Below, piece by piece: positions 32,225-42,583 of a stretch of 64,000 nt of DNA. The position numbers were made by a program, and so were the translations under genes. Below the pieces are notes generated by a model. It searched no databases, had not been told where the DNA came from, and saw only the letters and a program-made list of their open reading frames with translations. The stretch is from Eledone cirrhosa (taxonomy: Eukaryota), in the NCBI GenBank assembly GCA_964016885.1, contig OZ024742.1, positions 316,820,001 through 316,884,000 of the forward strand. The letters are read 5' to 3'. Position 1 is the first letter of the stretch. Every line of letters begins with the position of its first letter.

Positions 32225-35200
32225 ATGACCTCACTCAGAATAGGCAGCATAAATGCGCGTGGCTTGGGGTCGTCATGGAAGAAGGGTCACCTGCTCAACG
32301 ACCTCAGGTCACTAAACATAGATGTAGTGGCCATCAGCGAGACCAGAATCTCCGAAGCACGGGCCTTCGCACCGATCTTCGGCGGCTACGATGTGTACGC
32401 ATCTCCCAGCCGTCCTGGATCGGGTGGAGGAGTTGCTGTGCTTTTTCGGAGAGGTTTGGATCTCGCCATACGGGCCATCTTCCTGGACCCAGAGGGTAAG
32501 CTGGTGGTGCTGGACGTGACCAGCGGAGACGGGCAAGCTTTCAGGCTAGTGGCCGTCTATGCCCCGACAGGAGCAGGGCGGCCTGATTTCTTCCGGCGTC
32601 TGGAGACCTTTCTTGGAACGTCGCGCTCTTTAGTGTTAGTGGGCGACTGGAACGGGATCTTAGATGCACGCTGGGACTGTGTGGGATTAGCGGATAGGGG
32701 TGGAGGGTGCAAGAGCCTCACCAACCTGCTCAGGCGTTTTGAACTGTCTGACAGGTACCGATTGGATTTCCCGAATGTGCCAATGTGGACTTGGACAAAC
32801 CGCATAGGGTCATCCAGATCATATCTAGATAGAGTATTTTGTAGGGAAATAGATAGGTCTAGCATAGGCTGTCCACAATTCAAGATAGTCAGCTACACGG
32901 ACCACAAATTCGTGATCTGTGTGCTTGACTTAGATAGGCTTCATAGACGAGGACCCGGCTACTGGAAGCTAAACGCGTCCTTACCAGCGCGCAAGGCCTA
33001 CAGAGACCGGATTAGCGAACTAGTTAAGCGGGCGTTGACGGGGGCCATCGTCAACAACAAGTGGTGGTTTGCTCTGAAAAGAGCGATTAGAATAGAATCG
33101 ATTAGATTTAGTAAGGCTTTAGCAATAGAGAAAAATAGAGCAGAGGGAGAACTAGTTAGAAAATTAGACGAGGCGCTTAGCAAAGGCATTGCGACCGACG
33201 TGCTTGCGGCGAAATTGGCCCTTGACCAATTCTTCAATGCAAAGCACGAAGGCTGCGTTGTCAGAGCAAGGGTGCGTGCTCTCAGACACGAGGGGACGAA
33301 AGCCGTTCAATGGGCCCGAGTGGCGGAGGCGCGTCGTGGCAACAAAGCCACGATCCGGTCTTTGGTGGACCACGACGGGCGCATGCTACTCGATCCCGGG
33401 CAAATGTGTGAAGCTTTTCAGCGACACTTCGCTCAGCTGTTCGGGGGCAGCGGTGGGCCGGGTAGAGGGATGGACTTTAGTGTCTACCTCGACGGACTGC
33501 CGCGGCTCTCGGCCACTGAGGCGAAGTGTTGCGAAAAGCCGATAACAGCCGCTGAAGTAAGGGAGGCAATGACTGGCTGCACAAGGGGTAAATCGCCTGG
33601 TTTGGATGGTCTGCCCTATGAACTTTACGTACAGATGCCAGACTTGTTCGGAGGCCTCTTGGCGGACGTCTACTGCAACTGGCAACAGAACGGGAGAATT
33701 CCCAGTTCTGTGAGCCGAGGAGCGGTGGCACTGCTGAGAAAGGATCCGAACAAGGGGGATAACATAGAAAATTTCCGGCCCATAACTCTGCTAAACACAG
33801 AGTTTAAGATTTTGGCCAAGGTGCTAGCAAAGAGGTTGGCGCTTGTCGTTGGTGGTCTGGTGGGAGAGGCGCAGACATGCGCCATTCCCGACAGATCCAT
33901 CCACGACAACCTCCACCTCATGCGATACATCGTAGAGAGGGTAGCTAGGGAACCTGGCACGGGTGGGTCCTTGATCAATTTAGATCAGTCGAAAGCTTTC
34001 GATAGGGTCGACCATCGTTACCTAGCGGCAGTCCTGAGGGCGGCTGGCTTTGGGCCCGTCTTCAGAGGCTGGATCGCTGCCATGCACAGCGACATCTGCT
34101 CTGTGGTGAGAGTGAACGGTCACCTGTCGGAACCGTTCAACATCATGCGCTCGGTCCGCCAAGGATGTCCCCTCTCGTCCCTCTTGTACGTATTGACTCT
34201 CGAGCCATTACTGCACAAACTGGAGACGTTGAGGGGGGTCCCGCGCGAACTAGGATGCGGAAGATCCGTATCAGCATATGCGGACGATGTCACCGTAGTG
34301 GTGTCGAACGCCAAACACATCGAGGCGATCGGCACTACACTAAGAGAATACGAAGCGGTGACAGGAGCAATGATCAACCAGGAAAAGTCAGTGGGCCTGC
34401 AGCTCGGCACCTGGAGAGGCAGGTCCATGCCGTCCAACAGCGTCGTCGGACGCTGGACGGACGGACCGGTTAAATTGCTAGGGGTCTGGTTCGGTCCGGA
34501 CCTCCAGACGGACAAAAACTGGGACGAGGTGACGAGCAGGGTGGCTTCTCTCACCCAGAAATGGGCCGAGAGGAAGCTATCCCTGAAAGGTCGAGCGGAG
34601 GTGGCTAACGCGTACATCGCGTCCGTCATCTGCTACCGCCTGACCGTCGTACCTTGTCCTAAGCCTCGCCTGACTGTGCTGGAGCGTTTGCTCTTTCGCT
34701 TTTTGTGGAAGGGACGCGCTCCGATGGTCAGGCGGTCCATCTGTTGTCAACACCCGCTACGTGGAGGGCTGGGCATGCCGTGGCTGATGATGCGCAGGCA
34801 CGCGCTCAGGCTACGACATCTCCACCTCTTCCTCGACGGTGATCAAGTGTGGTCGCCGTTTGCTAGACGCGTGTTTCCCCAGCTCGTTTCCTTGACGGAG
34901 CTGCAGTCCTGGGTCAAGCGAAGACCGAGAAGGAGCGCCTGGAGACTGGAATGTCTTCAGGCGCTCACAGCCCTCGACCAATCGGGCAATGTGATCGGTG
35001 GAAACTCCACCTCGGCGTTCTATAGAGGATTAGTGGAGGGGAAGAGCGACGACGTACTTGGGGAAACTCTAGGCGTCGACGAAAATCAACTAGCCAATCT
35101 CTTCGGAAGAACTTTCGGGCCAGGGCCTATGGACAACTTCCAGAAATCTCTGGCCTGGCAGTGCTACCGAGGAGCCTTGCCAGTTCGGGATAAACTCTAC

Positions 35201-35644
35201 AGGCATGGAGGTGCCGTCAGCCGGGCATGTCCGAGATGCGCGCAGGGCGACGAAACCGTCCTGCACGCACTCGTCCAGTGTCCGAAAATTGCTGACTTGT
35301 GGGTTTATGTCGAACACCTGCTGTCGCGTTTAGGACGGATCCAGCTATCATCTGAGTCTATCGTGAGGATTGCCCCGCCCTCCTCCTTTAGCCGGGAAGG
35401 GCAGGCAGTTTTTATCTGTCTGGTGGCCATGGCGAAAGAGATAGTATGGTGGACACGTTTGAAAGGGCTGAAGACGAGCACTTACCTCTTCGGTGATGCT
35501 CTGATTGACTTTTTCAAATTTCATTTGAAAAGGAAAATCAGAGTAGAGAGGGAAGTGCTCTCTTCCCAGCATTTTGTTGAAAGATGGGTGAGAGAAGCAA
35601 GAATGGCCCGAGTGAATGGGCCGACTCTGAGTATATATCTGTAA
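32225..35644 (+). CDS. LINE ORF2 APE-RT, intact, 1139 aa
   Basis: Same motifs; several private substitutions. Confidence 0.97.
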   Translation: MTSLRIGSINARGLGSSWKKGHLLNDLRSLNIDVVAISETRISEARAFAPIFGGYDVYASPSRPGSGGGVAVLFRRGLDLAIRAIFLDPEGKLVVLDVTSGDGQAFRLVAVYAPTGAGRPDFFRRLETFLGTSRSLVLVGDWNGILDARWDCVGLADRGGGCKSLTNLLRRFELSDRYRLDFPNVPMWTWTNRIGSSRSYLDRVFCREIDRSSIGCPQFKIVSYTDHKFVICVLDLDRLHRRGPGYWKLNASLPARKAYRDRISELVKRALTGAIVNNKWWFALKRAIRIESIRFSKALAIEKNRAEGELVRKLDEALSKGIATDVLAAKLALDQFFNAKHEGCVVRARVRALRHEGTKAVQWARVAEARRGNKATIRSLVDHDGRMLLDPGQMCEAFQRHFAQLFGGSGGPGRGMDFSVYLDGLPRLSATEAKCCEKPITAAEVREAMTGCTRGKSPGLDGLPYELYVQMPDLFGGLLADVYCNWQQNGRIPSSVSRGAVALLRKDPNKGDNIENFRPITLLNTEFKILAKVLAKRLALVVGGLVGEAQTCAIPDRSIHDNLHLMRYIVERVAREPGTGGSLINLDQSKAFDRVDHRYLAAVLRAAGFGPVFRGWIAAMHSDICSVVRVNGHLSEPFNIMRSVRQGCPLSSLLYVLTLEPLLHKLETLRGVPRELGCGRSVSAYADDVTVVVSNAKHIEAIGTTLREYEAVTGAMINQEKSVGLQLGTWRGRSMPSNSVVGRWTDGPVKLLGVWFGPDLQTDKNWDEVTSRVASLTQKWAERKLSLKGRAEVANAYIASVICYRLTVVPCPKPRLTVLERLLFRFLWKGRAPMVRRSICCQHPLRGGLGMPWLMMRRHALRLRHLHLFLDGDQVWSPFARRVFPQLVSLTELQSWVKRRPRRSAWRLECLQALTALDQSGNVIGGNSTSAFYRGLVEGKSDDVLGETLGVDENQLANLFGRTFGPGPMDNFQKSLAWQCYRGALPVRDKLYRHGGAVSRACPRCAQGDETVLHALVQCPKIADLWVYVEHLLSRLGRIQLSSESIVRIAPPSSFSREGQAVFICLVAMAKEIVWWTRLKGLKTSTYLFGDALIDFFKFHLKRKIRVEREVLSSQHFVERWVREARMARVNGPTLSIYL

Positions 35645-35902
35645 ACTAAAGGTGGAAAACTGGGAGAGGGCACTTGCCTTGGTGGTCAGGGTCATTGTGG
35701 ATTTTTACTGGGTTCTCCACAAATGTCCCTCCGAAGTCTCCCCCCTATTGGGGAATTTTTCATTGTTATTTTCATTGTTATTTTTGTTACATCCTCTGTT
35801 TTTGTTTTTTTACACGCAGAAATGCCCATTTGCACCGTCCTGCATTGTCCTGCACTGTCCTTAATGTCTACTTTATGTAAACCCTTGTGGTTAATAAAGA
35901 AA

Positions 35903-35954
<52 letters not shown>

Positions 35955-35969
35955 TTTTTTTTTTTTTTT

Positions 35970-38900
35970 CTAATTCAATGATGATCCAGAACAATATAAA
36001 AGAGATAATTGGCAATTTAGGTTCTGGAACAAAAAAGATCATTGGCAATAAGGGCAGGGGCCCCAGGTTATCACAGCCTGGGCCCGCTCGTCATCGTGCC
36101 ATTGTAATATACCCAAACAAGGCATTTAGTCTCGGCTGCTGGAACGTACGGACGCTGCTTGACAGGGATTCCTTGTGGCGTCTTGAACGAAGGACCGCTC
36201 TTGTTGCAAAGGAGCTGCGACGTTACGATCTTGACATCGTGGCTTTATCTGAGACGAAGCTAGCTGGAGATGGTCATCTTACGGAATTTTGTGGAGAATA
36301 TACATTCTTCTGGAAAGGAAGAGATGAAGGAACCAGAAGAGAGGCTGGGGTAGGATTTGCTGTTAAGGCCGTGCTTGTGAACAAATTAGAAGAATTCCCA
36401 GTAGGGATTAGTGAGCGTCTTATGTCCATGAGAGTTCCGCTGGACAAGGGAAGATATGCTACCCTGGTGAGTGTGTATGCTCCAACTATGAGTTCTGTCG
36501 ATGAGGAAAAGATGTCCTTTTACCATGCCTTGAAAGGTGTTTTAAGAAATATCCCTCAGGCAGACAAAGTCATCGTGCTTGGTGATTTTAATGCGAGAGT
36601 GGGTAGAGATTTTAACACATGGAATGTAATCGGAAGGCATGGGGTGGGAAAGTGTAACAGCAATGGTATGCTCCTGCTGCAGATGTGTGAGGAGCTGGAT
36701 CTGTGTGTTACCAACACCATGTTCCAACAAAAAAACAAATTCAAGACCACATGGATGCATCCTGCATCTAAGGAATGGCATCTTTTGGACTACGTCCTAG
36801 TCAGGATGCGTGACAGACAGGATGTGCAGTGTGTTCGTGTTCTTCGTGGTGCTGAGTGCTGGACGGACCATCGCCTGGTACGCGCAAAAGTGAAACTAAT
36901 CACTAAACGTAAAATCCGGGCTCCTGGTGTTGCCCTGCCCAAAAGATTGAATGCTGCTCGTCTTAAGGATAAACATGTGAAGAGGACATTGGAAGAAGAG
37001 ATGCAGGCTGCAGATCTTGGTGAGGATTGGCCGACCCTTAAAAAGTCGGTTTATGATGTAGGCAGGCGTGTTCTGGGATTGGCGCAGAGGAAACATCAGG
37101 ACTGGTTTGATGAGAATGATGTACATATAGAAGACTTGTTGGCTGATAAGAGGCGTGCTCTGTCACGCTACTTGACGGCAAAACCACAGGAGAGGAATAC
37201 GTTGCATGAGGAACTCAGGGATGTAAAATCTCGTGTTAGGCGGAGTCTTTCTCAGATGAAGGATCAGTGGTGGAGTGAGAAGGCTGGTGAGATACAAACT
37301 GCATCTGATTCCAATAACACAAAGCTGTTGTACAGTCTCTTGCGTGAGGTTTATGGGCCGTCTTCTTCTCTGGTGACACCGCTTCGCAGCAGGGATGGCA
37401 AAGAACTTCTTCCTGACTCACAAGGAATTCTACGAAGGTGGCGAGAGCACTTTGATGATCTTTTGAATCAGCCGTCTGTCGTCAGTGAAGATTTCCTCAA
37501 TCTCATTCCAGAAAGTCCTGTGAAAGTAGCTCTCGCAGAACCTCCGACGCTTGTGGAGGTTGCAGTGGCTATTTCGAAGCTGAACAGTGGAAGATCTCCA
37601 GGTATGGAAGGCATACATGCTGAGCTCCTACAATATGGTGGTGAGAGACTCCTGCAACATCTTCACTCTTTGTTTGGCAGGATATGGGCTAATGAATCCG
37701 TACCTGAGGACTGGATAGATGCAGTAATGGTGGTCTTGTACAAGGGAAAGGGTAACAGGAATGATTGTGGGAACTACAGAGGTATATCATTGCTTTCTGT
37801 CGTAGGGAAAGTTTTATGTAGAGTGCTTCTGGACCGTCTGCTGACACACATTGCAGATTGTGTTCTCCTGAAAGTCAATCTGCTTTTCGTGCTGGACGCG
37901 GCACTACTGATATGATCTTCTCAGCTAGACAGCTCCAGGAGAAGTGCATGGAACAAGGCTTGGATCTGTATCAGGTGTTTGTCGATCTGACAAAAGCTTT
38001 CGATACTGTTAACAGAGATGCATTATGGAAGGCTCTCCAGAAACTTGGTTGCCCTGATAAGTTCCTTGCTTTAGTTAGGTCTTTCCATGACGACATGAAG
38101 GCTTGGGTTAATGTCGGGGGTAACATGTCGGAGCCTATCTCAGTAAAAAATGGAGTGAAGCAGGGGGATATTCCAGCACCGACCCTGTTTGCCATATACT
38201 TTGCAATGGTTTTCTGTATTGCATTCAGGAATTGCGAGCATGGTGTTTACATCCGATATCGAACCTCAGGCAGCGTATTTAACATCAGGCGCTTTGCTGC
38301 GAAGACAAAAGTGTTTACATCAATCATAAGAGACCTCTTGTATGCAGATGATTGCGATCTTGTAGCGCACAGAGAGAGTGATATGCAGCACATTTTGAAT
38401 GCATTTTCTGACGCTTGCACTGCCCTAGGTCTGACTGTCAGTCTCAAGAAAACTGTCGTCATGTACCAACCTGCCCCTGGTAAGCAGTACACTGAACCAA
38501 ACATCTATGTGTATGGCAAACGACTTGGAGTGGTTGATCAGTTTGTCTACCTGGGAAGCACTGTCAATCGATACAGCAACCTTGACAGTGAAATCTCACT
38601 TAGGATTAGGAAAGCAAGTGATGCTTTCGGAAAGCTAGAAAGGTGACTCTGGGGTCGGCGAGACATATGCAGGAGGACTAAGGTAAAGGTGTACAGGGCA
38701 TGTGTGCTCTCTTGTCTTCTTTATGCCTGCGAGACCTGGGTCACATATCTACACCACCTTAAGCAATTGGAGCGTTTCCATCAGATGTGTCTCAGACGGA
38801 TCCATGGCGTTCACTGGAGGGACCACATCAGTGATGTCGAGATTTTGGAAAGCACTATGTGTGACAGTATAGAAGCTCTGGTGCTTAAGCAACGACTCCG

Positions 38901-39378
38901 TTGGAGTGGTCACCTTGCCAGGATGAAGGATTCTAGAGTACCAAAACAACTCTTTTATGGAGAGTTGGATAAAGGAAAACGACCGCCACATAAACCAAAA
39001 AAGAGGTATAAGGATTCCTTGAAAGCCTCTCTGAAAGACGCTAACATTTCTGCTGATACATGGGAGAATATTGCTGCTGATCGTAATAAATGGAGAAAGA
39101 CTGCATATGAGGGAAAAGTTGCCTTTGAGGCATCTCGAATCGCATACGAGAAAGTAAAGCGGGATGTGATGAAGGGCATTGCTGTTGCACTCCCAGACGG
39201 CGAGGGTCCTCCTATGGTGCTGACATGCAGCGTATGTGCGAGACTCTGCCTAAGCAAAGCTGGACTCGAAAGTCACACTCGTTCAGCGTATCGGTAGGGG
39301 TTCTCCTACATGGATATAAAGTAGTGGCCGTACTCGAAAACGAGTTCGGATCCACCATGTATGTATGTATGTAAGTAT
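35970..39378 (+). mobile_element. RTE-clade LINE, decayed, (TATG)n tail
   Basis: Single APE-RT ORF (WNVRTL, LSETK, VYAPT, GDFNARVG, WHLLDY, WTDHRLV; FVDLTKAFD, GVKQG, YADD, LRWSGHLARM). Short 3'UTR ends in CATGTATGTATG. Confidence 0.92.
35978..39297 (+). pseudogene. RTE ORF with a 1-bp frameshift near 37866 and in-frame TGA at 38644-38646
   Basis: Three consecutive ORF-track pieces join into one EN-RT protein ending in a C2H2-like motif CSVCARLCLSKAGLESH. Confidence 0.9.
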
Positions 39379-39978
39379 GTGGTGCTACTGGTAACATGTA
39401 TCCCAGTACAACCTATCCCATGGTCGGGTCCTTGGCGACTAAACTGGCAACCCCACCAAGGTTTCTTGGTGAGGAAGGTTACTTTTGACATCCTGCAGGA
39501 CTAAAAACAAAACCTGTCAAAGGGCAAAGGAGCTCTTAAGAGTCAATGGCCATCTAAAATCACCGGGAGAGATAGCCCCTTAGCCTTTGTCAAGGCAGAA
39601 TTCTAGGAGAAGGAAAACTCTGATATAACACCTGCAATCCTGATGGTATCCAATGATGTTGACTTGTTCTTCTTTTTGGTAAATATCATCTTGGTTACGC
39701 CAGTGGGACTGGCTTGGTGCAGAGTCTTTGCTCACTATAAAAGCATCACGGCACAGGCATTGCTTTATATCTGGAGATCTCTCTGCACTTGTCGTCACAT
39801 GGTACCATGGGCCCAGCACTATGTGTCAATAATTGTCACAAGTGTAGTGTTTGTACCAGAGTTTTCAAGTCGTTGGCTGGACTAAAATGTCACACTCGTT
39901 CAGCGCATCGGTAGGGGTTCTCCTACATGGATATAAAGTAGTGGCCGTACTCGAAAACGAGTTGGCAGCCACCATGTA
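39379..39978 (+). mobile_element. ~600-bp non-autonomous bipartite RTE derivative (SINE-like), copy 1
   Basis: Last ~100 nt match the adjacent RTE 3' end (GTCACACTCGTTCAGCG...CCACCATGTA). Carries the RTE-type 5' motif TAGCCTTTGTCAAGGC..CTAGGAGAAGGAAAACTCTGA. Second copy at 63121. Confidence 0.8.
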
Positions 39979-39980
39979 AG

Positions 39981-40301
39981 AATGTACGTTCTTCTAGTTT
40001 TATAATTTCACAAAGTTTTACCAATAGAGAGAGAGTGGGTTTCTAACATAGATACAAGATTCTCTCATTGGAATTTACACAACATCAACTAGTTAGTTAT
40101 GTCTGCATGTCTGTATGCATGCATGTGTGTGCAGGTATGGATGTTATTGTATGTGTGGATGTGTATGTTTTGAGTTGTATGTCTGCATATGCTTTGTATC
40201 TGTACAAGTGTATATGCTGTTATCAGATGCAGAATTTTTGGAATGTTTTACATACTTTTACTGTTCCATTAAAGGATTGTATTTATAATTTCCTAACTAG
40301 T
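39981..40301 (-). mobile_element. 3' fragment of R4/Dong-like RLE LINE
   Basis: Matches the 3'UTR and ORF end of the fragments at 61098-63038. Confidence 0.75.
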
Positions 40302-40349
40302 CATTATGTAGGTATGTATGTATATATGTATGTATGCATATATGTATGT

Positions 40350-40630
40350 ATATATGTATGTTCTTCTAGTTTTATAATTTCACAAATGTTTGCCAATAGA
40401 GAGAGAGTCGGCTTCTAACATAGACACAAGACTCTCTCATTAGAATTTACACAACATCAACTAGGTAGATATGTATGCATGTCTGCATGCATGCATGTGT
40501 AGACGTGGATGTTATTGTATGTGTGGATGTGTATGTTTTGACTTGTATGTGTGCATGTGCATATGTTTTGTATCTGTACATGCAGTTATTAGATGTAGAA
40601 TTTTTGGAATGTTTTACATGTTTTACATAT
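40350..40630 (-). mobile_element. Second 3'UTR fragment of the R4/Dong-like LINE
   Basis: TATG-TTCTTCTAGTTTTATAATTTCAC... as in the other copies. Confidence 0.7.
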
Positions 40631-40659
40631 TTATGTATGTATATATACATATGGTTGCC

Positions 40660-40815
40660 TAGGTAATATGACGCATGGAGTTACGGCCCTTGCTATTCTG
40701 AGTTCAAATCCCGCCGAGGTTAACTTTGCCTTTCATCCTTACGGGGTCGATAAAATAAAGTACCAGTAATGTACTGGGTAATTGCTGGCCTTGTGCCAAA
40801 CGTAGAAACAATTAT
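40660..40815 (+). mobile_element. tRNA-derived SINE, partial
   Basis: B box GAGTTCAAATCC followed by the conserved core GCCTTTCATCCTT.CGGGGTCGATAAAATAAAGTACCAG; related copies at 45847 and 54245. Confidence 0.7.
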
Positions 40816-40911
40816 TTTATATATATCTATAAATAACTACCCGGTTGAATGGGCTGCGTCGGCATATGGTGGACATATGTTTGTGTTTATATAAATACAC
40901 ACACACACACG

Positions 40912-40954
<43 letters not shown>

Positions 40955-41108
40955 AATAAATGCTCTGAAATAGCGATATATATGTGAATATAGACATAGA
41001 ATATTCGAAAATATTCTGTATGTTTATAATAAACATTTTGAAGACCTAATCGCTATAGAATAGAATACGTCACGTATTACAATTAGATTCTCGACAAAAG
41101 CAAGGGAA

Positions 41109-41151
41109 GTAATCTACGCGTTTCATTCTTGTTAGAAATCTTCAGGACTAC
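41109..41151 (-). ncRNA. Minimal type I hammerhead ribozyme (also 41419-41461, 41729-41771, 42039-42081)
   Basis: Reverse complement of GTAGTC-CTGAAGA-T TTCT AACA AGAA T-GAAA-CGCG-TA-GATTAC. Confidence 0.85.
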
Positions 41152-42540
41152 ATATCCAGTGCTTTTATCGAGAATGACACAGCTAGAGACTTATAGAATA
41201 CTTAGCTGTGTACAGGAACTGGTTTGAAAGAGCGGTTGCCGGTCCGGCAGAAATTAGAAATTGGAATAAATGCTCTGAAATAGCGATATATATGTGAATA
41301 TAGACATAGAATATTCGAAAATATTCTGTATGTTTATAATAAACATTTTGAAGACCTAATCGCTATAGAATAGAATACGTCACGTATTACAATTAGATTC
41401 TCGACAAAAGCAAGGGAAGTAATCTACGCGTTTCATTCTTGTTAGAAATCTTCAGGACTACATATCCAGTGCTTTTATCGAGAATGACACAGCTAGAGAC
41501 TTATAGAATACTTAGCTGTGTACAGGAACTGGTTTGAAAGAGCGGTTGCCGGTCCGGCAGAAATTAGAAATTGGAATAAATGCTCTGAAATAGCGATATA
41601 TATGTGAATATAGACATAGAATATTCGAAAATATTCTGTATGTTTATAATAAACATTTTGAAGACCTAATCGCTATAGAATAGAATACGTCACGTATTAC
41701 AATTAGATTCTCGACAAAAGCAAGGGAAGTAATCTACGCGTTTCATTCTTGTTAGAAATCTTCAGGACTACATATCCAGTGCTTTTATCGAGAATGACAC
41801 AGCTAGAGACTTATAGAATACTTAGCTGTGTACAGGAACTGGTTTGAAAGAGCGGTTGCCGGTCCGGCAGAAATTAGAAATTGGAATAAATGCTCTGAAA
41901 TAGCGATATATATGTGAATATAGACATAGAATATTCGAAAATATTCTGTATGTTTATAATAAACATTTTAAAGACCTAATCGCTATAGAATAGAATACGT
42001 CACGTATTACAATTAGATTCTCGACAAAAGCAAGGGAAGTAATCTACGCGTTTCATTCTTGTTAGAAATCTTCAGGACTACATATCCAGTGCTTTTATCG
42101 AGAATGACACAGCTAGAGACTTATAGAATACTTAGCTGTGTACAGGAACTGGTTTGAAAGAGCGGTTGCCGGTCCGGCAGAAATTAGAAATTGGAATAAA
42201 TGCTCTGAAATAGCGATATATATGTGAATATAGACATAGAATATTCGAAAATATTCTGTATGTTTATAATAAACATTTTGAAGACCTAATCGCTATAGAA
42301 TAGAATACGTCACGTATTCTATTCTATAGCGATTAGGTCTTCAAAATGTTTATTATAAACATACAGAATATTTTCGAATATTCTATGTCTATATTCACAT
42401 ATATATCGCTATTTCAGAGCATTTATTCCAATTTCTAATTTCTGCCGGACCGGCAACCGCTCTTTCAAACCAGTTCCTGTACACAGCTAAGTATTCTATA
42501 AGTCTCTAGCTGTATCATTCTCGATAAAAGCACTGGATAT

Positions 42541-42583
42541 GTAGTCCTGAAGATTTCTAACAAGAATGAAACGCGTAGATTAC
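42541..42583 (+). ncRNA. Minimal type I hammerhead ribozyme (also 42851-42893, 43161-43203, 43470-43512, 43780-43822)
   Basis: Stem I GTAGTC/GATTAC; core CUGAAGA and GAAA; stem II TTCT/AGAA; palindromic stem III ACGCGT; GUA cleavage triplet (cut after 42577). Confidence 0.87.

Larger units (their letters stand above)
1..35952 (+). repeat. Head-to-tail tandem array of six Tx1-clade non-LTR retrotransposons (first copy cut by window edge)
   Basis: Unit starts GAATGCCATGG at 5605, 11670, 17753, 23817 and 29881 (periods 6065, 6083, 6064, 6064). Each unit begins immediately after the (ATT)n tail of the previous one. ORF sets are near-identical. Confidence 0.97.
29881..35952 (+). mobile_element. 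Tx1-like LINE copy 6 (terminal), full length, (ATT)16 tail
   Basis: Complete unit; tail at 35905-35952 followed by AC-T15 and RTE sequence. Confidence 0.96.

Noticed and set aside
8-35695. Many short antisense and alternate-frame ORFs repeated in each LINE copy
   Set aside because: They are shadows of ORF1/ORF2 codon bias (poly-Leu, Val, Gly) and recur only because the unit is repeated.
35723-37915. 730-aa ORF fusing the Tx1 3'UTR and tail to RTE endonuclease, with an apparent hydrophobic N-terminus
   Set aside because: The poly-Leu/Phe stretch is the translated (ATT)n and T15 tail; this is a chance read-through into a frameshifted RTE.
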